Below the pieces are notes generated by a model. It worked only from the letters and a program-made list of their open reading frames with translations, ran no database searches and was not told where the DNA came from. This document shows positions 1 to 9,470 of a stretch of 64,000 bases of DNA, piece by piece (position 1 is the stretch's first letter; each line of letters begins with the position of its first letter). Origin of the DNA: a bacterium (lineage in GTDB: Bacteria; Verrucomicrobiota; Kiritimatiellia; CAIVKH01); contig JAZDKY010000062.1 of the NCBI GenBank assembly GCA_043802525.1, positions 8,446-72,445 of the forward strand. Direction: 5' to 3'. The translations under genes and the position numbers were made by a program.

Positions 1-131
1 GGCAGGACGCCTTCAAGGAGCACTATCTGGACATGAGCATCCGCGACGGTTGGGAGCGTATCGCCGATTTCGCGGCGGACCTCCTCGATCCTGGGTCACG
101 ACGGGTCGCCGCCGCCAAACCGGGCGCGTGA
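1..131 (+). CDS. 3' end of an upstream gene (partial, function unknown)
   Basis: Open frame from position 3 (QDAFKEHYLDMSIRDGWERIADFAADLL...) to TGA at 129-131, 15 nt before the next ATG. Confidence 0.6.
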   Translation, partial: QDAFKEHYLDMSIRDGWERIADFAADLLDPGSRRVAAAKPGA

Positions 132-146
132 GGGGCCGGGCTTCCC

Positions 147-1715
147 ATGTTGTTCAATTCGTACAGCTTCCTGTTGCTTTTTCTGCCCGTGACGCTGGGG
201 GGGTTCTGGCTGCTGGGGGCGTGGGCACCGAGATCGTGGGCCCGATGCTGGCTCGTCCTTACCTCGCTTTTTTTCTACGGATGGTGGAATCCCGTCTATT
301 TGATTCTGATCGGTCTTTCGATGCTGGCCAATTTCGCCACGGGCGTCTGGCTGAGCCGTCTGAGCGCCGAAGAAAACAGAAAATGGCTGTGGCTGCTCTT
401 GTCGGCGGGACTGGCGGCCAATCTCGCCGCGCTGGGCTACTTCAAGTATGCCGCATTCTTCGCGCGCAGCGTAAATGCCGGACTCGGCACCCATCTTCCG
501 GTCCTCAGCGTGGTTCTTCCGCTCGGCATCTCGTTCTTCACGTTCCAACAAATGGCCTACCTGGTGGACGCCGCCCGTGGCCAGGTTCGCGAGTACAGCT
601 TGGTGGACTACGCTTTGTTCGTTACGTTCTTCCCCCAGTTGATTGCCGGGCCGATCGTCCATCACGCGGACATGCTTCCCCAGTTCAGCTGCGATCAATC
701 GTACCGGCCTCGCGCGTCCAATTTATCCATTGGCCTGACCATCTTCGCGATCGGGCTATTCAAGAAGGTCGTGCTGGCTGACGGCGTGGCGAGATTCGGA
801 TCGCCTGTTTTCGCGGCGTCGGCGGCCGGCGTTTCGCTTTCGTTCTTTGAATCCTGGGGTGGGGCGCTGGCTTACACGCTGCAACTCTACTTCGACTTCT
901 CCGGCTATTCCGACATGGCCATCGGGCTGGGACGGATGTTCGGCATTCGCATCCCCCTGAATTTCAATTCGCCCTACAAGGCGGACAGCATCGCCGAATT
1001 CTGGAAGCGGTGGCACATTACGCTTTCCCAGTTTCTACGCGACTATCTTTACATTTCCCTGGGAGGAAACCGGCTGGGCCCTGCGCGACGACATGTCAAC
1101 CTTCTCGTGACGATGCTTCTCGGCGGCTTGTGGCACGGGGCGGGCTGGACCTTCGTGATCTGGGGTGGGCTCCACGGCGTGTACCTGATCTGCAATCATG
1201 CGTGGAGAACGGTAACCAGGAATTGGAATGTTCCCCGTTGGGCCTCAGGCCCAGGTCGTGTCAGCGGCCGCCTGCTGACGTTTCTATGCGTTGTGGTAGG
1301 ATGGGTTTTCTTTCGCGCGCCAGACCTGCCTTCCGCAGGGGCCGTGCTGTGGGCCATGTCCGGTGCGGATGGCATCGGGCTGCCCTCCGCGTGCCCCGCA
1401 TGGCTGATCCATCTGGCCGATGCGGTCACGCCGGTGACCATCCTGCACGGCGGGCCGTTTCCAAACGGCGTATTCCCCGCATCCGGCATCCCATGGGTTC
1501 TTGGATTGCTGGTCGTAGTCTGGACGCTGCCGAACAGCATTGAGATCATGGCCAGGTACCGGCCGCTGACGGGGCGCGCACCCTGGGGCCGCACAACGCC
1601 GAGCGGTATTTTCTGGCGGCCTACGCCGGCGTGGGCCTTGTTTGTTCTCGGTGCCTTCGGGATGTCGCTGCTGAAGCTTTCAGATATCAGTGAGTTTCTC
1701 TATTTCCAGTTCTAG
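147..1715 (+). CDS. MBOAT family O-acyltransferase (AlgI/PatA-like)
   Basis: MLFNS start, LPLGISFFTFQ, FPQLIAGPI, YFDFSGYSDMAIG, FWKRWHITLS, GLWHGA, C-terminal FLYFQF. Confidence 0.95.
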   Translation: MLFNSYSFLLLFLPVTLGGFWLLGAWAPRSWARCWLVLTSLFFYGWWNPVYLILIGLSMLANFATGVWLSRLSAEENRKWLWLLLSAGLAANLAALGYFKYAAFFARSVNAGLGTHLPVLSVVLPLGISFFTFQQMAYLVDAARGQVREYSLVDYALFVTFFPQLIAGPIVHHADMLPQFSCDQSYRPRASNLSIGLTIFAIGLFKKVVLADGVARFGSPVFAASAAGVSLSFFESWGGALAYTLQLYFDFSGYSDMAIGLGRMFGIRIPLNFNSPYKADSIAEFWKRWHITLSQFLRDYLYISLGGNRLGPARRHVNLLVTMLLGGLWHGAGWTFVIWGGLHGVYLICNHAWRTVTRNWNVPRWASGPGRVSGRLLTFLCVVVGWVFFRAPDLPSAGAVLWAMSGADGIGLPSACPAWLIHLADAVTPVTILHGGPFPNGVFPASGIPWVLGLLVVVWTLPNSIEIMARYRPLTGRAPWGRTTPSGIFWRPTPAWALFVLGAFGMSLLKLSDISEFLYFQF

Positions 1716-1832
1716 TGTCCTGAGCTGCAAGTTCGTTTCAGTACCGGCAGGGTCAGGTGCGTTCCCGATCGCGAGTGGCCATCTATCGCTGAATTCATGG
1801 TTCAACGATCCTGTGACTCAGGACACTAAGTC

Positions 1833-3107
1833 GTGAGGCCTTTTCAAAAGTATCTGTGCATGCTCGGGCTGCCTTTGGTGGGCGGATGTTTCTCCCTCGC
1901 CCTTTTCAATGGCTTCATCGACCCCTTCGGGCTGCGCCGATGGGTCGCAATGCCCGGCATCAACGCGATAAAGATTGCCGAATCCGATCATCGGCGACTT
2001 ATCAAAGCGTATCGCGTTCGCCAGGTGGAGCCAAAGGGCTTGATTCTCGGCACCTCGGTCTCCGAGGGGGGCGTCGATCCCCAGCACCCCGGCTGGCCGG
2101 CCAGGGCAAGACCGGTTTACAATGCGTCCATACCGTACGCAAATGCGTACGAGCTCTTGAGGTATTTCCAGCACGCCGTCTCGTGCGGCGATGTCGCGGT
2201 GGCGGTGGTCGGCCTGGATTTTGTTTCCTTTAATGCCTATCTGAAGAACTCGCCGGACTTCTCAGAGGCTCGCCTCGCCATGGATGTCCGCGGCCGACGA
2301 ACTCGTCCGCCTTGGGATGAGGAGCTGTCGATGCTGTTGTCGCTTGATGCGAGCCGAATGTCCTGGCGCACATTGCGTGGACAGAACAACGCCAAACCCT
2401 TCCTGCGACAGGACGGCATGCAGACCGGCCGGATGTCGGACGCTGACACGGCGACGCCCATGAGGGACCGATTCCTACTCATGGAGCATGAGTACATACA
2501 CTTCATGTGGCGTCATGGACCGGATCGTACGTTCGCCCTGGTGGACGAAAGAACGGGGCGTTCCTACGCCGGGGCTTTGCAGGCGATGCTGGAGCAGGCG
2601 AACCGTTCCGGCGTTCAACTGCACTTGGTCTTTTCGCCCCTTCACGCGCGGCTGATGATAGCGATCGACCGCTTGGGCTGGTGGCCCGAGTTCGAAGAGT
2701 GGAAGAGAATGGTTGCCCGTTTGGTAGACCAAGCCAACCTGACGCGACCGGAAGGTCCGGGGATTGACCTCTGGGATTTCGCCGACTTCAACGAGTTGAC
2801 CACCGAATCCGTGCCGGGCCCCGGCTCAACGGCGCTCATGGAGAACTACTACGACGCGGCCCACTACACCCGGGCGGCGGGAAATCGCATCCTGGACAAG
2901 GTTTTCCGTACGGCCACTTCGGAAACGCTGGAACTTGTGGCGCCTTCAAATGTGGAGCAACATCTTCAGGCGGTTGCGTCACGAAAGAAGACCTACGAAT
3001 TGAGCCACACGGAGGATGTGGCAGAGATTGCCGACCTGGTGCGTATGCGGCCGGGCGACGACATGCACGGGCGCATCCAGGATTTACTTGCAAAGCGCGG
3101 CCTATGA
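1833..3107 (+). CDS. Periplasmic SGNH-like partner of the MBOAT (AlgJ/PatB-like)
   Basis: N-terminal TM followed by IDPFG, ILGTS block, C-terminal YYDAAHY (DxxH); directly follows the MBOAT; GTG start. Confidence 0.7.
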   Translation: MRPFQKYLCMLGLPLVGGCFSLALFNGFIDPFGLRRWVAMPGINAIKIAESDHRRLIKAYRVRQVEPKGLILGTSVSEGGVDPQHPGWPARARPVYNASIPYANAYELLRYFQHAVSCGDVAVAVVGLDFVSFNAYLKNSPDFSEARLAMDVRGRRTRPPWDEELSMLLSLDASRMSWRTLRGQNNAKPFLRQDGMQTGRMSDADTATPMRDRFLLMEHEYIHFMWRHGPDRTFALVDERTGRSYAGALQAMLEQANRSGVQLHLVFSPLHARLMIAIDRLGWWPEFEEWKRMVARLVDQANLTRPEGPGIDLWDFADFNELTTESVPGPGSTALMENYYDAAHYTRAAGNRILDKVFRTATSETLELVAPSNVEQHLQAVASRKKTYELSHTEDVAEIADLVRMRPGDDMHGRIQDLLAKRGL

Positions 3108-4291
3108 TCCGATCTCTGGCCTATCGACTGCTTGCCGGGCTCAACCGTCACGCCAAAGCGGCGCTCGGTGTGAAAACGGCGACGGTGCCGCCTCCGCACG
3201 TTGCCTTCGACCTCGACGCCCTCGGGAAGCCCCCTGCGTATACGGCGGCGACCCGCAGTCGAAGCTTCTTGTTTGTCCTGCAACACGTGACGCGCGGTTC
3301 GGGCGGGCTTGCCGACATCCTTCATCTCGGTGTGGAGCTCGAGAGCCAGTTCGGCTTGGACGTTCGCTATATGACTATCGGCGGGCATACGCTGGATCAT
3401 TGCCGCTCCGCAATTCGTTGGACCAACAACCGCGTCCATGCGGAGCAGGTCGTCGACTCCTATTCCGGCGCCCCGGAGTATCTCTGCGCCACGGCATGGC
3501 CGACGGCCTATGAGGTGCTCAAGAGGCCGTCGCAACGGAAGCTCTATTTTGTGCAGGACTATGAGCCGTGGTTCCATCGCGCGGGAGTTCACCGCCATTT
3601 TGCGGAGCAGACCTACATGCTGGGATTCGAAATCCTCACGCTGGGACCGTGGCTGCGCGATGTTCTCCAGGAACGGCATGGTTTGACCCACGCGGTGGCC
3701 ATGCCGTTTCCAGCATCGGATGAAGCGGATCCGGGACCCGTCCTGGCGGACCGCAACGTCGTCGCCTTCTACGTGCAGCCTGACAAAGACCACCGCGGCA
3801 CGGAATTGCTGCTGGAGGCCGCACGCCGCCTGTCGGGCCCGCTTCGCGAGCGCGGCATGGATCTCGTCATGTACGGCTCGGCTGACAATCCGTACCTGGC
3901 GCTTGATTTTCCATGCACGGTGCACGGCGTCCTGGATCATCTCGAAATGGTGAACCTGCTTCGCAAAACACGGGTGGGGGTGTGCTGTTCGTTTTCCAAT
4001 TTGTCGCTGCTGGTCATGCGCTATTTGACGCACGGGTGCATTACATGCGATGTGCAGATTCCGGCGAACCGGCGAAACATTCCGGATGCCGCCGATCCGC
4101 TATTGATGCTTTTCAAACCCACACCGCGGGACCTCGTGGACGCGGTGCTGCGGGGCGTAGACCATAACATCGATGAGGAGACGCGAAGAAAAGTGGCGAT
4201 CTCCGTCGCCCGGGAGCATGCTTGGCCGGTGTCCGTTCGCTCGATCGGCGCGCTTTTCACAAGATCGGGTACATCCAGAGGAGATTCATGA
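3104..4291 (+). CDS. Glycosyltransferase, WsaF-like rhamnosyltransferase (GT-B)
   Basis: SGG, ATAWPTA and YFVQDYEPWF motifs typical of WsaF-like proteins; ATGA overlaps at both ends. Confidence 0.75.
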   Translation: MIRSLAYRLLAGLNRHAKAALGVKTATVPPPHVAFDLDALGKPPAYTAATRSRSFLFVLQHVTRGSGGLADILHLGVELESQFGLDVRYMTIGGHTLDHCRSAIRWTNNRVHAEQVVDSYSGAPEYLCATAWPTAYEVLKRPSQRKLYFVQDYEPWFHRAGVHRHFAEQTYMLGFEILTLGPWLRDVLQERHGLTHAVAMPFPASDEADPGPVLADRNVVAFYVQPDKDHRGTELLLEAARRLSGPLRERGMDLVMYGSADNPYLALDFPCTVHGVLDHLEMVNLLRKTRVGVCCSFSNLSLLVMRYLTHGCITCDVQIPANRRNIPDAADPLLMLFKPTPRDLVDAVLRGVDHNIDEETRRKVAISVAREHAWPVSVRSIGALFTRSGTSRGDS

Positions 4292-5286
4292 AAGCCTTGG
4301 TTACCGGCGGTGCCGGTTTTATGGGATCACACGTGGTGGATTCGCTGCTGGACAAGGGCGTTGAGGTGATCGCCTTGGACGATCTGAGCGGCGGGTTTGC
4401 CGACAACGTAAACGGCGATGCCCGCTTCATGGAAGGCAGCATCATGGACCATGAGCTTGTCGACCGACTCTTCACCGAGCACCAATTCGACTTTGTCTAT
4501 CACTTGGCCGCCTATGCGGCGGAGGGACTCAGCCATTTTATCCGAAGGTTCAACTATTCCAACAATCTGATTGGCAGCGTGAACCTCATCAATGCCTCGA
4601 TCCGGCACGACGTGAAGTGCTTCGTCTTTACGTCCTCCATCGCGGTGTACGGCGGAAACCAGTTGCCGATGGTGGAAGATCTGACGCCGCAGCCCGAGGA
4701 CCCGTACGGCATTGCGAAGTATGCCGTCGAACTCGACCTCCGCGCCGCGCACGAGATGTTCGGGCTCAACCATGTCATTTTCCGTCCGCACAATGTGTAC
4801 GGGGAACGGCAGAACCTTGGCGACAAGTACCGCAATGTGCTCGGCATCTTCATGAACCAGGTCATGCAGGGCCTGCCGATGACGATCTTCGGCGACGGTC
4901 AGCAGACCCGCGCGTTTTCATACATCGGCGACGTCGCGCCGGCGATCGTGGAAGCGGCCTGGCGTCCCGATTCTTACAACGAGGTCTTCAACGTCGGCGC
5001 GAACGAATGGCATACCGTCGGCGACCTCGCGCAGCTCGTGGCGGAGGCGTTTGGCGTGAAACCCGAGATCCATCATCTGCCCGGACGCCTCGAAGTCAAA
5101 CACGCCTACGCCAGCCATGAAAAAATCGCGAACAAGCTGGGTTTTCGCGCAGCCGTGTCCTTGTGCGAAGGCGTGAAGCGCATGGCCGCCTGGGCACAGA
5201 CCCGGGGCCCGCGCAAGAGCAAGGAATTTGGCGTCATTGAGATTCCACGGAATCTGCCCCCGTCGTGGAAACCGGCGGCAAAGTGA
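4288..5286 (+). CDS. NAD-dependent NDP-sugar epimerase/dehydratase
   Basis: TGGAGFMG, TSSIAVYG, YGIAK (YxxxK), HNVYG, GDGQQTRAF; ATG at 4288 overlaps the upstream TGA. Confidence 0.93.
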   Translation: MKALVTGGAGFMGSHVVDSLLDKGVEVIALDDLSGGFADNVNGDARFMEGSIMDHELVDRLFTEHQFDFVYHLAAYAAEGLSHFIRRFNYSNNLIGSVNLINASIRHDVKCFVFTSSIAVYGGNQLPMVEDLTPQPEDPYGIAKYAVELDLRAAHEMFGLNHVIFRPHNVYGERQNLGDKYRNVLGIFMNQVMQGLPMTIFGDGQQTRAFSYIGDVAPAIVEAAWRPDSYNEVFNVGANEWHTVGDLAQLVAEAFGVKPEIHHLPGRLEVKHAYASHEKIANKLGFRAAVSLCEGVKRMAAWAQTRGPRKSKEFGVIEIPRNLPPSWKPAAK

Positions 5287-5299
5287 CAGGATGCGGCGC

Positions 5300-5362
5300 G
5301 GTGGGGACACTGCGCCCCACCTGATGGGTTCCTCAAGTCAGGGACGGCTGTTCCAGCCGTCC
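5300..5362. repeat. Pair of REP-like GC hairpins in opposite orientation
   Basis: ggtggggacactgcgccccacc (5300-5321) and ggacggctgttccagccgtcc (5342-5362); each is preceded by TCAG on its own strand. Confidence 0.55.
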
Positions 5363-5379
5363 GCCACGGTGCGCATGTT

Positions 5380-6384
5380 ATGAGTTCCCCTTTGCTGATG
5401 GTCATCGTCCTGAACTGCAACGGCATGAGGGTGATCCGCGAGTGCCTGGCGTCGCTACGCCAATCGACCTACCCGAACTTTTCCATCGTCGTTTCGGATA
5501 ACGCATCGACCGACGGCTCGCCCGGCTGGGTGGAGCAGCATCATCCGGACATCAAGGTCATCCGGAACAGCGAGAACCTCGGCTGGTCGGGCGCGAACAA
5601 CGTGGGCATCCGGCACGCGCTGGAGCGTGGCGCTGACTGGATATGGATGCTCAACAACGACGTCGAAGTCGAGCCGGATTGCATCGACCAGATGGTCCGG
5701 TTCGGGCAGGAGCATCCCGAATTCGCGATCCTGGGGCCGCTCATTCATTATTTTGAGCCCCGCGACAGGGTCTGGTTCGAAGGCGGGCGGACCGATTTCG
5801 AGACCCTCGTCGCCGATCACTGCAGCTATGCGGAATTCTCCGCCTGCCCGCAGGAGGAGCGGTACATCTCCGGCTGCGCGCAACTGGTCCGGTCGGACGT
5901 GTTCCGGCGCATCGGCCTGATTGACGAGCGCTTCTTCATCTATTTCGAGGACACCGATTTCTGCCGCCGCGCCGGCCTCGCGGGTTTCACGATGGACGTG
6001 GTCAGGTCGGCGAAGATGTACCACAAGGTCAGCGCGTTCAGCGGCGGCATCGGCGAACGCAGCCCGTGGAAAGCCTACTACATGCTGAGGAGCGGGCTGT
6101 TGTTCTGGCGAAAGCACCTCGGCTGGTGGGCGTTTCACCGCAGGTATTGCCACGGACACCTGGCGAAGTGGATCAACGATCTGGATCGCGAGTGGTCCCG
6201 CAACGAAGGTCGCGCGTATGTGCAAGCCGTGCTGGATGCGCTCTGGTATTTCGTGGCAGGCAGGAACGAACCGCGCGGTCACCCGGCGTGCCCCGGCTGG
6301 TTCCGTAAGGGGGTTCTGCGACGTCCCTGGCTGGTGGCAGAACTCATGGCGTTTCGCATGAAAGGCCTCCTGGGAAGCCGCTGA
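5380..6384 (+). CDS. GT2 glycosyltransferase (rhamnosyltransferase-like)
   Basis: DNASTDGS, NLGWSGANNVG, LNND, GCAQL, FFIYFEDTDFC. Confidence 0.92.
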   Translation: MSSPLLMVIVLNCNGMRVIRECLASLRQSTYPNFSIVVSDNASTDGSPGWVEQHHPDIKVIRNSENLGWSGANNVGIRHALERGADWIWMLNNDVEVEPDCIDQMVRFGQEHPEFAILGPLIHYFEPRDRVWFEGGRTDFETLVADHCSYAEFSACPQEERYISGCAQLVRSDVFRRIGLIDERFFIYFEDTDFCRRAGLAGFTMDVVRSAKMYHKVSAFSGGIGERSPWKAYYMLRSGLLFWRKHLGWWAFHRRYCHGHLAKWINDLDREWSRNEGRAYVQAVLDALWYFVAGRNEPRGHPACPGWFRKGVLRRPWLVAELMAFRMKGLLGSR

Positions 6385-6386
6385 AT

Positions 6387-7808
6387 ATGAGTCCCATCCG
6401 ACACGCCGCGCGAATGGTCCGAAGACGCATGGAGGGCTTTCTCTTCGGGCTGATGCTCCTGCCGCTTCTGCCCGTGCTGGCGCTGACCATCTTGCCGGCC
6501 ATCGTGCGCGGACAATTTCCCAGCGCCGCGCTTGGCGCGTTGTTGAGGCGGTGGGGAAGGAGATGGACGCACGGGCTCGATGACCTGCGCGAACTGTGGT
6601 GGGTCTCGCTCTCGCTGGAACCGGCTCGAAACATCTGGCGCTACGTGTTTCTACTCGAATGGTTTGAAACGCTGAATGTCCGGTGCGCGCCGGCGCCGAA
6701 ACCATCGGCGGATGGGAAGAGATCGATCCTGGTCGTCCTGCCCGGGCACATTGGCGACATGGTACACGCCATGCCGATGTTGAAGGCGCTGCGGCGTCAG
6801 AATTCCGATGACCACATCGGTGTCATTGTCGGCCCCTGGAGTTCCGCGCTGTTCCACGGATTCGACGCGGTCGACGAGGTGATCGCCTATGCGCCAAGCC
6901 TGGTGCAATACCATCGCGGGGTCCCCGGACAGTGCCCCTCCGTGGGACGCGAAATCGCCTTGCTGCGGGCCCTGCGCCGGCGAGGGACGGATGTGCTCAT
7001 GACGGTGCCGCCGACGGAATTGCCGACTTTTCTCCTGGCGCGGGCGATTCGCCCTCGCCGTTGGATCGGAGTCATGCCGCGCCCTGCCGACTACCCCCTC
7101 ATCTGCGAGGAACAAGTATCCGGCTTCGATATGCGGCAGTACGAAGCGGACCGCATCATGCAGCTTGCATCGACGCTCGGCATCGTTTCCGGACCGTGCG
7201 AACTGGGCCTGGACCTGCCTTCCTCCGCTGCAGAGCGTGCGCGCGAGCTGCTGATCCGGCACGGAATTGAAAGCAGTGTGCCAATCGTCGCCGTGGCGCC
7301 GGGCGCGGGGTGGGCGGGCAAGATGTGGCCTGTCGAGCGATTTGCCGAACTCTCGGACTGGATCGGCGAATCGTTCGGCGTGCGCGTGATCCTGCTCGGA
7401 TCGCCGGAGGAGACGCAGACCGGCGCGATGTTGGAAAGCCGGATGCGGACCAAACCGGTCAACCTCATCGGACGCACGAAGCTGGATGAATCGTTCGCAA
7501 TCATCAGTCTCTGCGGGTTATTCGTCGGCAACGACGGGGGCCTTCTGCATGTTGCCGCCGCGCGGGGAATACCCACGGTGTCCCTGTTCGGTCCGACGCG
7601 GATCGAGAAATGGGCGCCGCGCGGCCTACGGCACATGGCCCTGCGGAAAGTCGAATCCTGCCCGGACTGTTGGCCATGGCATCCTTCGGCCCGATGCCGG
7701 CATGACGCCGAGTGCATGAAGAAGATTTCCGTCGCCGATGTGAAACAGGTCATTGAGGCGCGCACAGACCAGTTGCGCCTGCGCCGTCCGATCATGCATA
7801 GTGCCTGA
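6387..7808 (+). CDS. GT9 (ADP-heptose transferase-like) glycosyltransferase
   Basis: HIGDMV, APGAGWAGKMWP, NLIGRT, GNDGGLLHVAAA, LFGPT, C-terminal Cys cluster. Confidence 0.9.
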   Translation: MSPIRHAARMVRRRMEGFLFGLMLLPLLPVLALTILPAIVRGQFPSAALGALLRRWGRRWTHGLDDLRELWWVSLSLEPARNIWRYVFLLEWFETLNVRCAPAPKPSADGKRSILVVLPGHIGDMVHAMPMLKALRRQNSDDHIGVIVGPWSSALFHGFDAVDEVIAYAPSLVQYHRGVPGQCPSVGREIALLRALRRRGTDVLMTVPPTELPTFLLARAIRPRRWIGVMPRPADYPLICEEQVSGFDMRQYEADRIMQLASTLGIVSGPCELGLDLPSSAAERARELLIRHGIESSVPIVAVAPGAGWAGKMWPVERFAELSDWIGESFGVRVILLGSPEETQTGAMLESRMRTKPVNLIGRTKLDESFAIISLCGLFVGNDGGLLHVAAARGIPTVSLFGPTRIEKWAPRGLRHMALRKVESCPDCWPWHPSARCRHDAECMKKISVADVKQVIEARTDQLRLRRPIMHSA

Positions 7809-7811
7809 CCG

Positions 7812-9470
7812 ATGCCGACATGGATGCCAGATCTCCGTCCGCTGCTCGACGGAGCAACGCCCCGGGACAGGACGCGGGCGTTGGTCCTGCTGGCGATCCT
7901 GGCGTTCGTTCTTCGATTTATTCCCGCCCTCACGGCGTATCCCACGCCGACGGATTCGGCGCACTTTGTCCAGTTCGGCATGGAGCTGGCCCAAGGCAAT
8001 CCGCTCGGCTTCAGCGAGCACTGGTCCCAGTGGCCGATTCTGCTCGCCGCGCTGGCCATAAAATTGAATCTTGATCCGGGCCGCGCGCTGCAGGCCTCCA
8101 CGGTCGTTGCGGGCGTCATCGCCGTCTGCGCGACGGTTGTGCTCTGCTTCAAGCTGACCGGCCGGTGGCGTATTGGCCTGCTGGCCGGTTTTTTCGCGGC
8201 GACAAATCCGTCGATGATCGAGTACTCGGTCAACAGCATGGGCGAAATGCCGTACCTCGCTGTCATCCTTTCCGCTCTGGGTCTGGCCATCCCGGCGGGC
8301 CCGGATGGTCGCGTCTCGTCGCGCGCTCTCATCGGGGGATTTTTCCTGCTCGGCGTGAGCATCTACTACCGGCCCACGGAAGCCTGCACCGCTGCGTTTT
8401 TCCTGGCCGTCCTGTCCGTGGCTTTCAGTCCGCGCGACGCGCGAAAGAAAACCATGATCGTCACGCTGGCCGGCCTGTTCATCTTTGCCTGCTGGCTTGT
8501 CCCCCTGACGACGCTCACGCGTATCCGGACCGGGAGCGGAACGCCCAGTGCCAAGATCGTAAACCTGGCCTTCGGCGATTACGGCACCGATTCGAAGGCA
8601 CTTTATGCGGTAAAGAGCCCCGTGGAGAACGAAGCGAAACTGCTGAGGGAAAAGGGGGTCGTCGGCTACATATGGCTCAAGCGAAACGAAATGACCCGGC
8701 GCTGGGTGCGCAACATGGGGCAGTGCGTGCGCATCATGAAGGACCAGCTCCTGCCTGCGTCCTTCAAGCTGGGGTCGGGGTGGTTTGTTCTCGGCGGAAT
8801 CTTCGCGGCGCTGGCGGCATGGCGGCATCGGCACGGGCGGCTGTGGCTGTGCTGCCTGCCGTTCGTGTTTTCCATGCCGGCCCTGTTTTCCCTTTCGTTC
8901 GTTTTTCCGCGCTGGCTGATCCCGTCTCTTCCGTTTCTGATCCTGTTGTTGTCCGGCACGATTGCGCTTGTCTCCGGGCTGCGGCCCGAACGGATATGGA
9001 AAGCCGGGCTGGCGATTGTTTTCGGGCTGATGATGCTGAACCAGGCGGCGTATGGCATCCATGCGGCAGGCGACGGCTGGCGCGGCCGGAACATCAAGGA
9101 CATCAGCCGGTTCGCGCGGGAGCATGGTTCCGAGGACGATGTGCTCATGGCGATTTTTCCCCAGTATGCGATCCACTTCTACAAGGAGCACCCTTTCCGT
9201 TGGAAGCGCCTGCACTACGGATCGATCGATGAGGTGGAGCAGGCGGGTGAAGGATATCACGCGACGCTGGTGATCGTTGCCGGCCAGGAGTTCGGCCATT
9301 GGCCGATTCACAAACTGTTCGAAGGAACGGCTCCGCCTCCAAACTGGCATCTCCTTGGTCGAAAAACATTCGAACGGTTGGATCCGAAGTGGGGCTTGGA
9401 GGTGGACGACTATCTGATCTATCGACGCGAAGCCCCGCACGCGGCGGAGCCTGTTGCAGAGCACTTATGA
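7812..9470 (+). CDS. Multi-TM GT-C-like (ArnT/PMT-type) glycosyltransferase
   Basis: Many hydrophobic segments, acidic residue in first loop (TDS), E in MGEMPY, RPTE, PRW. Confidence 0.65.
   Translation: MPTWMPDLRPLLDGATPRDRTRALVLLAILAFVLRFIPALTAYPTPTDSAHFVQFGMELAQGNPLGFSEHWSQWPILLAALAIKLNLDPGRALQASTVVAGVIAVCATVVLCFKLTGRWRIGLLAGFFAATNPSMIEYSVNSMGEMPYLAVILSALGLAIPAGPDGRVSSRALIGGFFLLGVSIYYRPTEACTAAFFLAVLSVAFSPRDARKKTMIVTLAGLFIFACWLVPLTTLTRIRTGSGTPSAKIVNLAFGDYGTDSKALYAVKSPVENEAKLLREKGVVGYIWLKRNEMTRRWVRNMGQCVRIMKDQLLPASFKLGSGWFVLGGIFAALAAWRHRHGRLWLCCLPFVFSMPALFSLSFVFPRWLIPSLPFLILLLSGTIALVSGLRPERIWKAGLAIVFGLMMLNQAAYGIHAAGDGWRGRNIKDISRFAREHGSEDDVLMAIFPQYAIHFYKEHPFRWKRLHYGSIDEVEQAGEGYHATLVIVAGQEFGHWPIHKLFEGTAPPPNWHLLGRKTFERLDPKWGLEVDDYLIYRREAPHAAEPVAEHL

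Noticed and set aside
7626-9464. Long antisense or alternate-frame ORFs (also 15634-17148, 40615-42234, 50049-51419, 59919-61457 and others)
   Set aside because: They shadow motif-supported genes, are Arg/Ala/Pro-rich and are expected at high GC.
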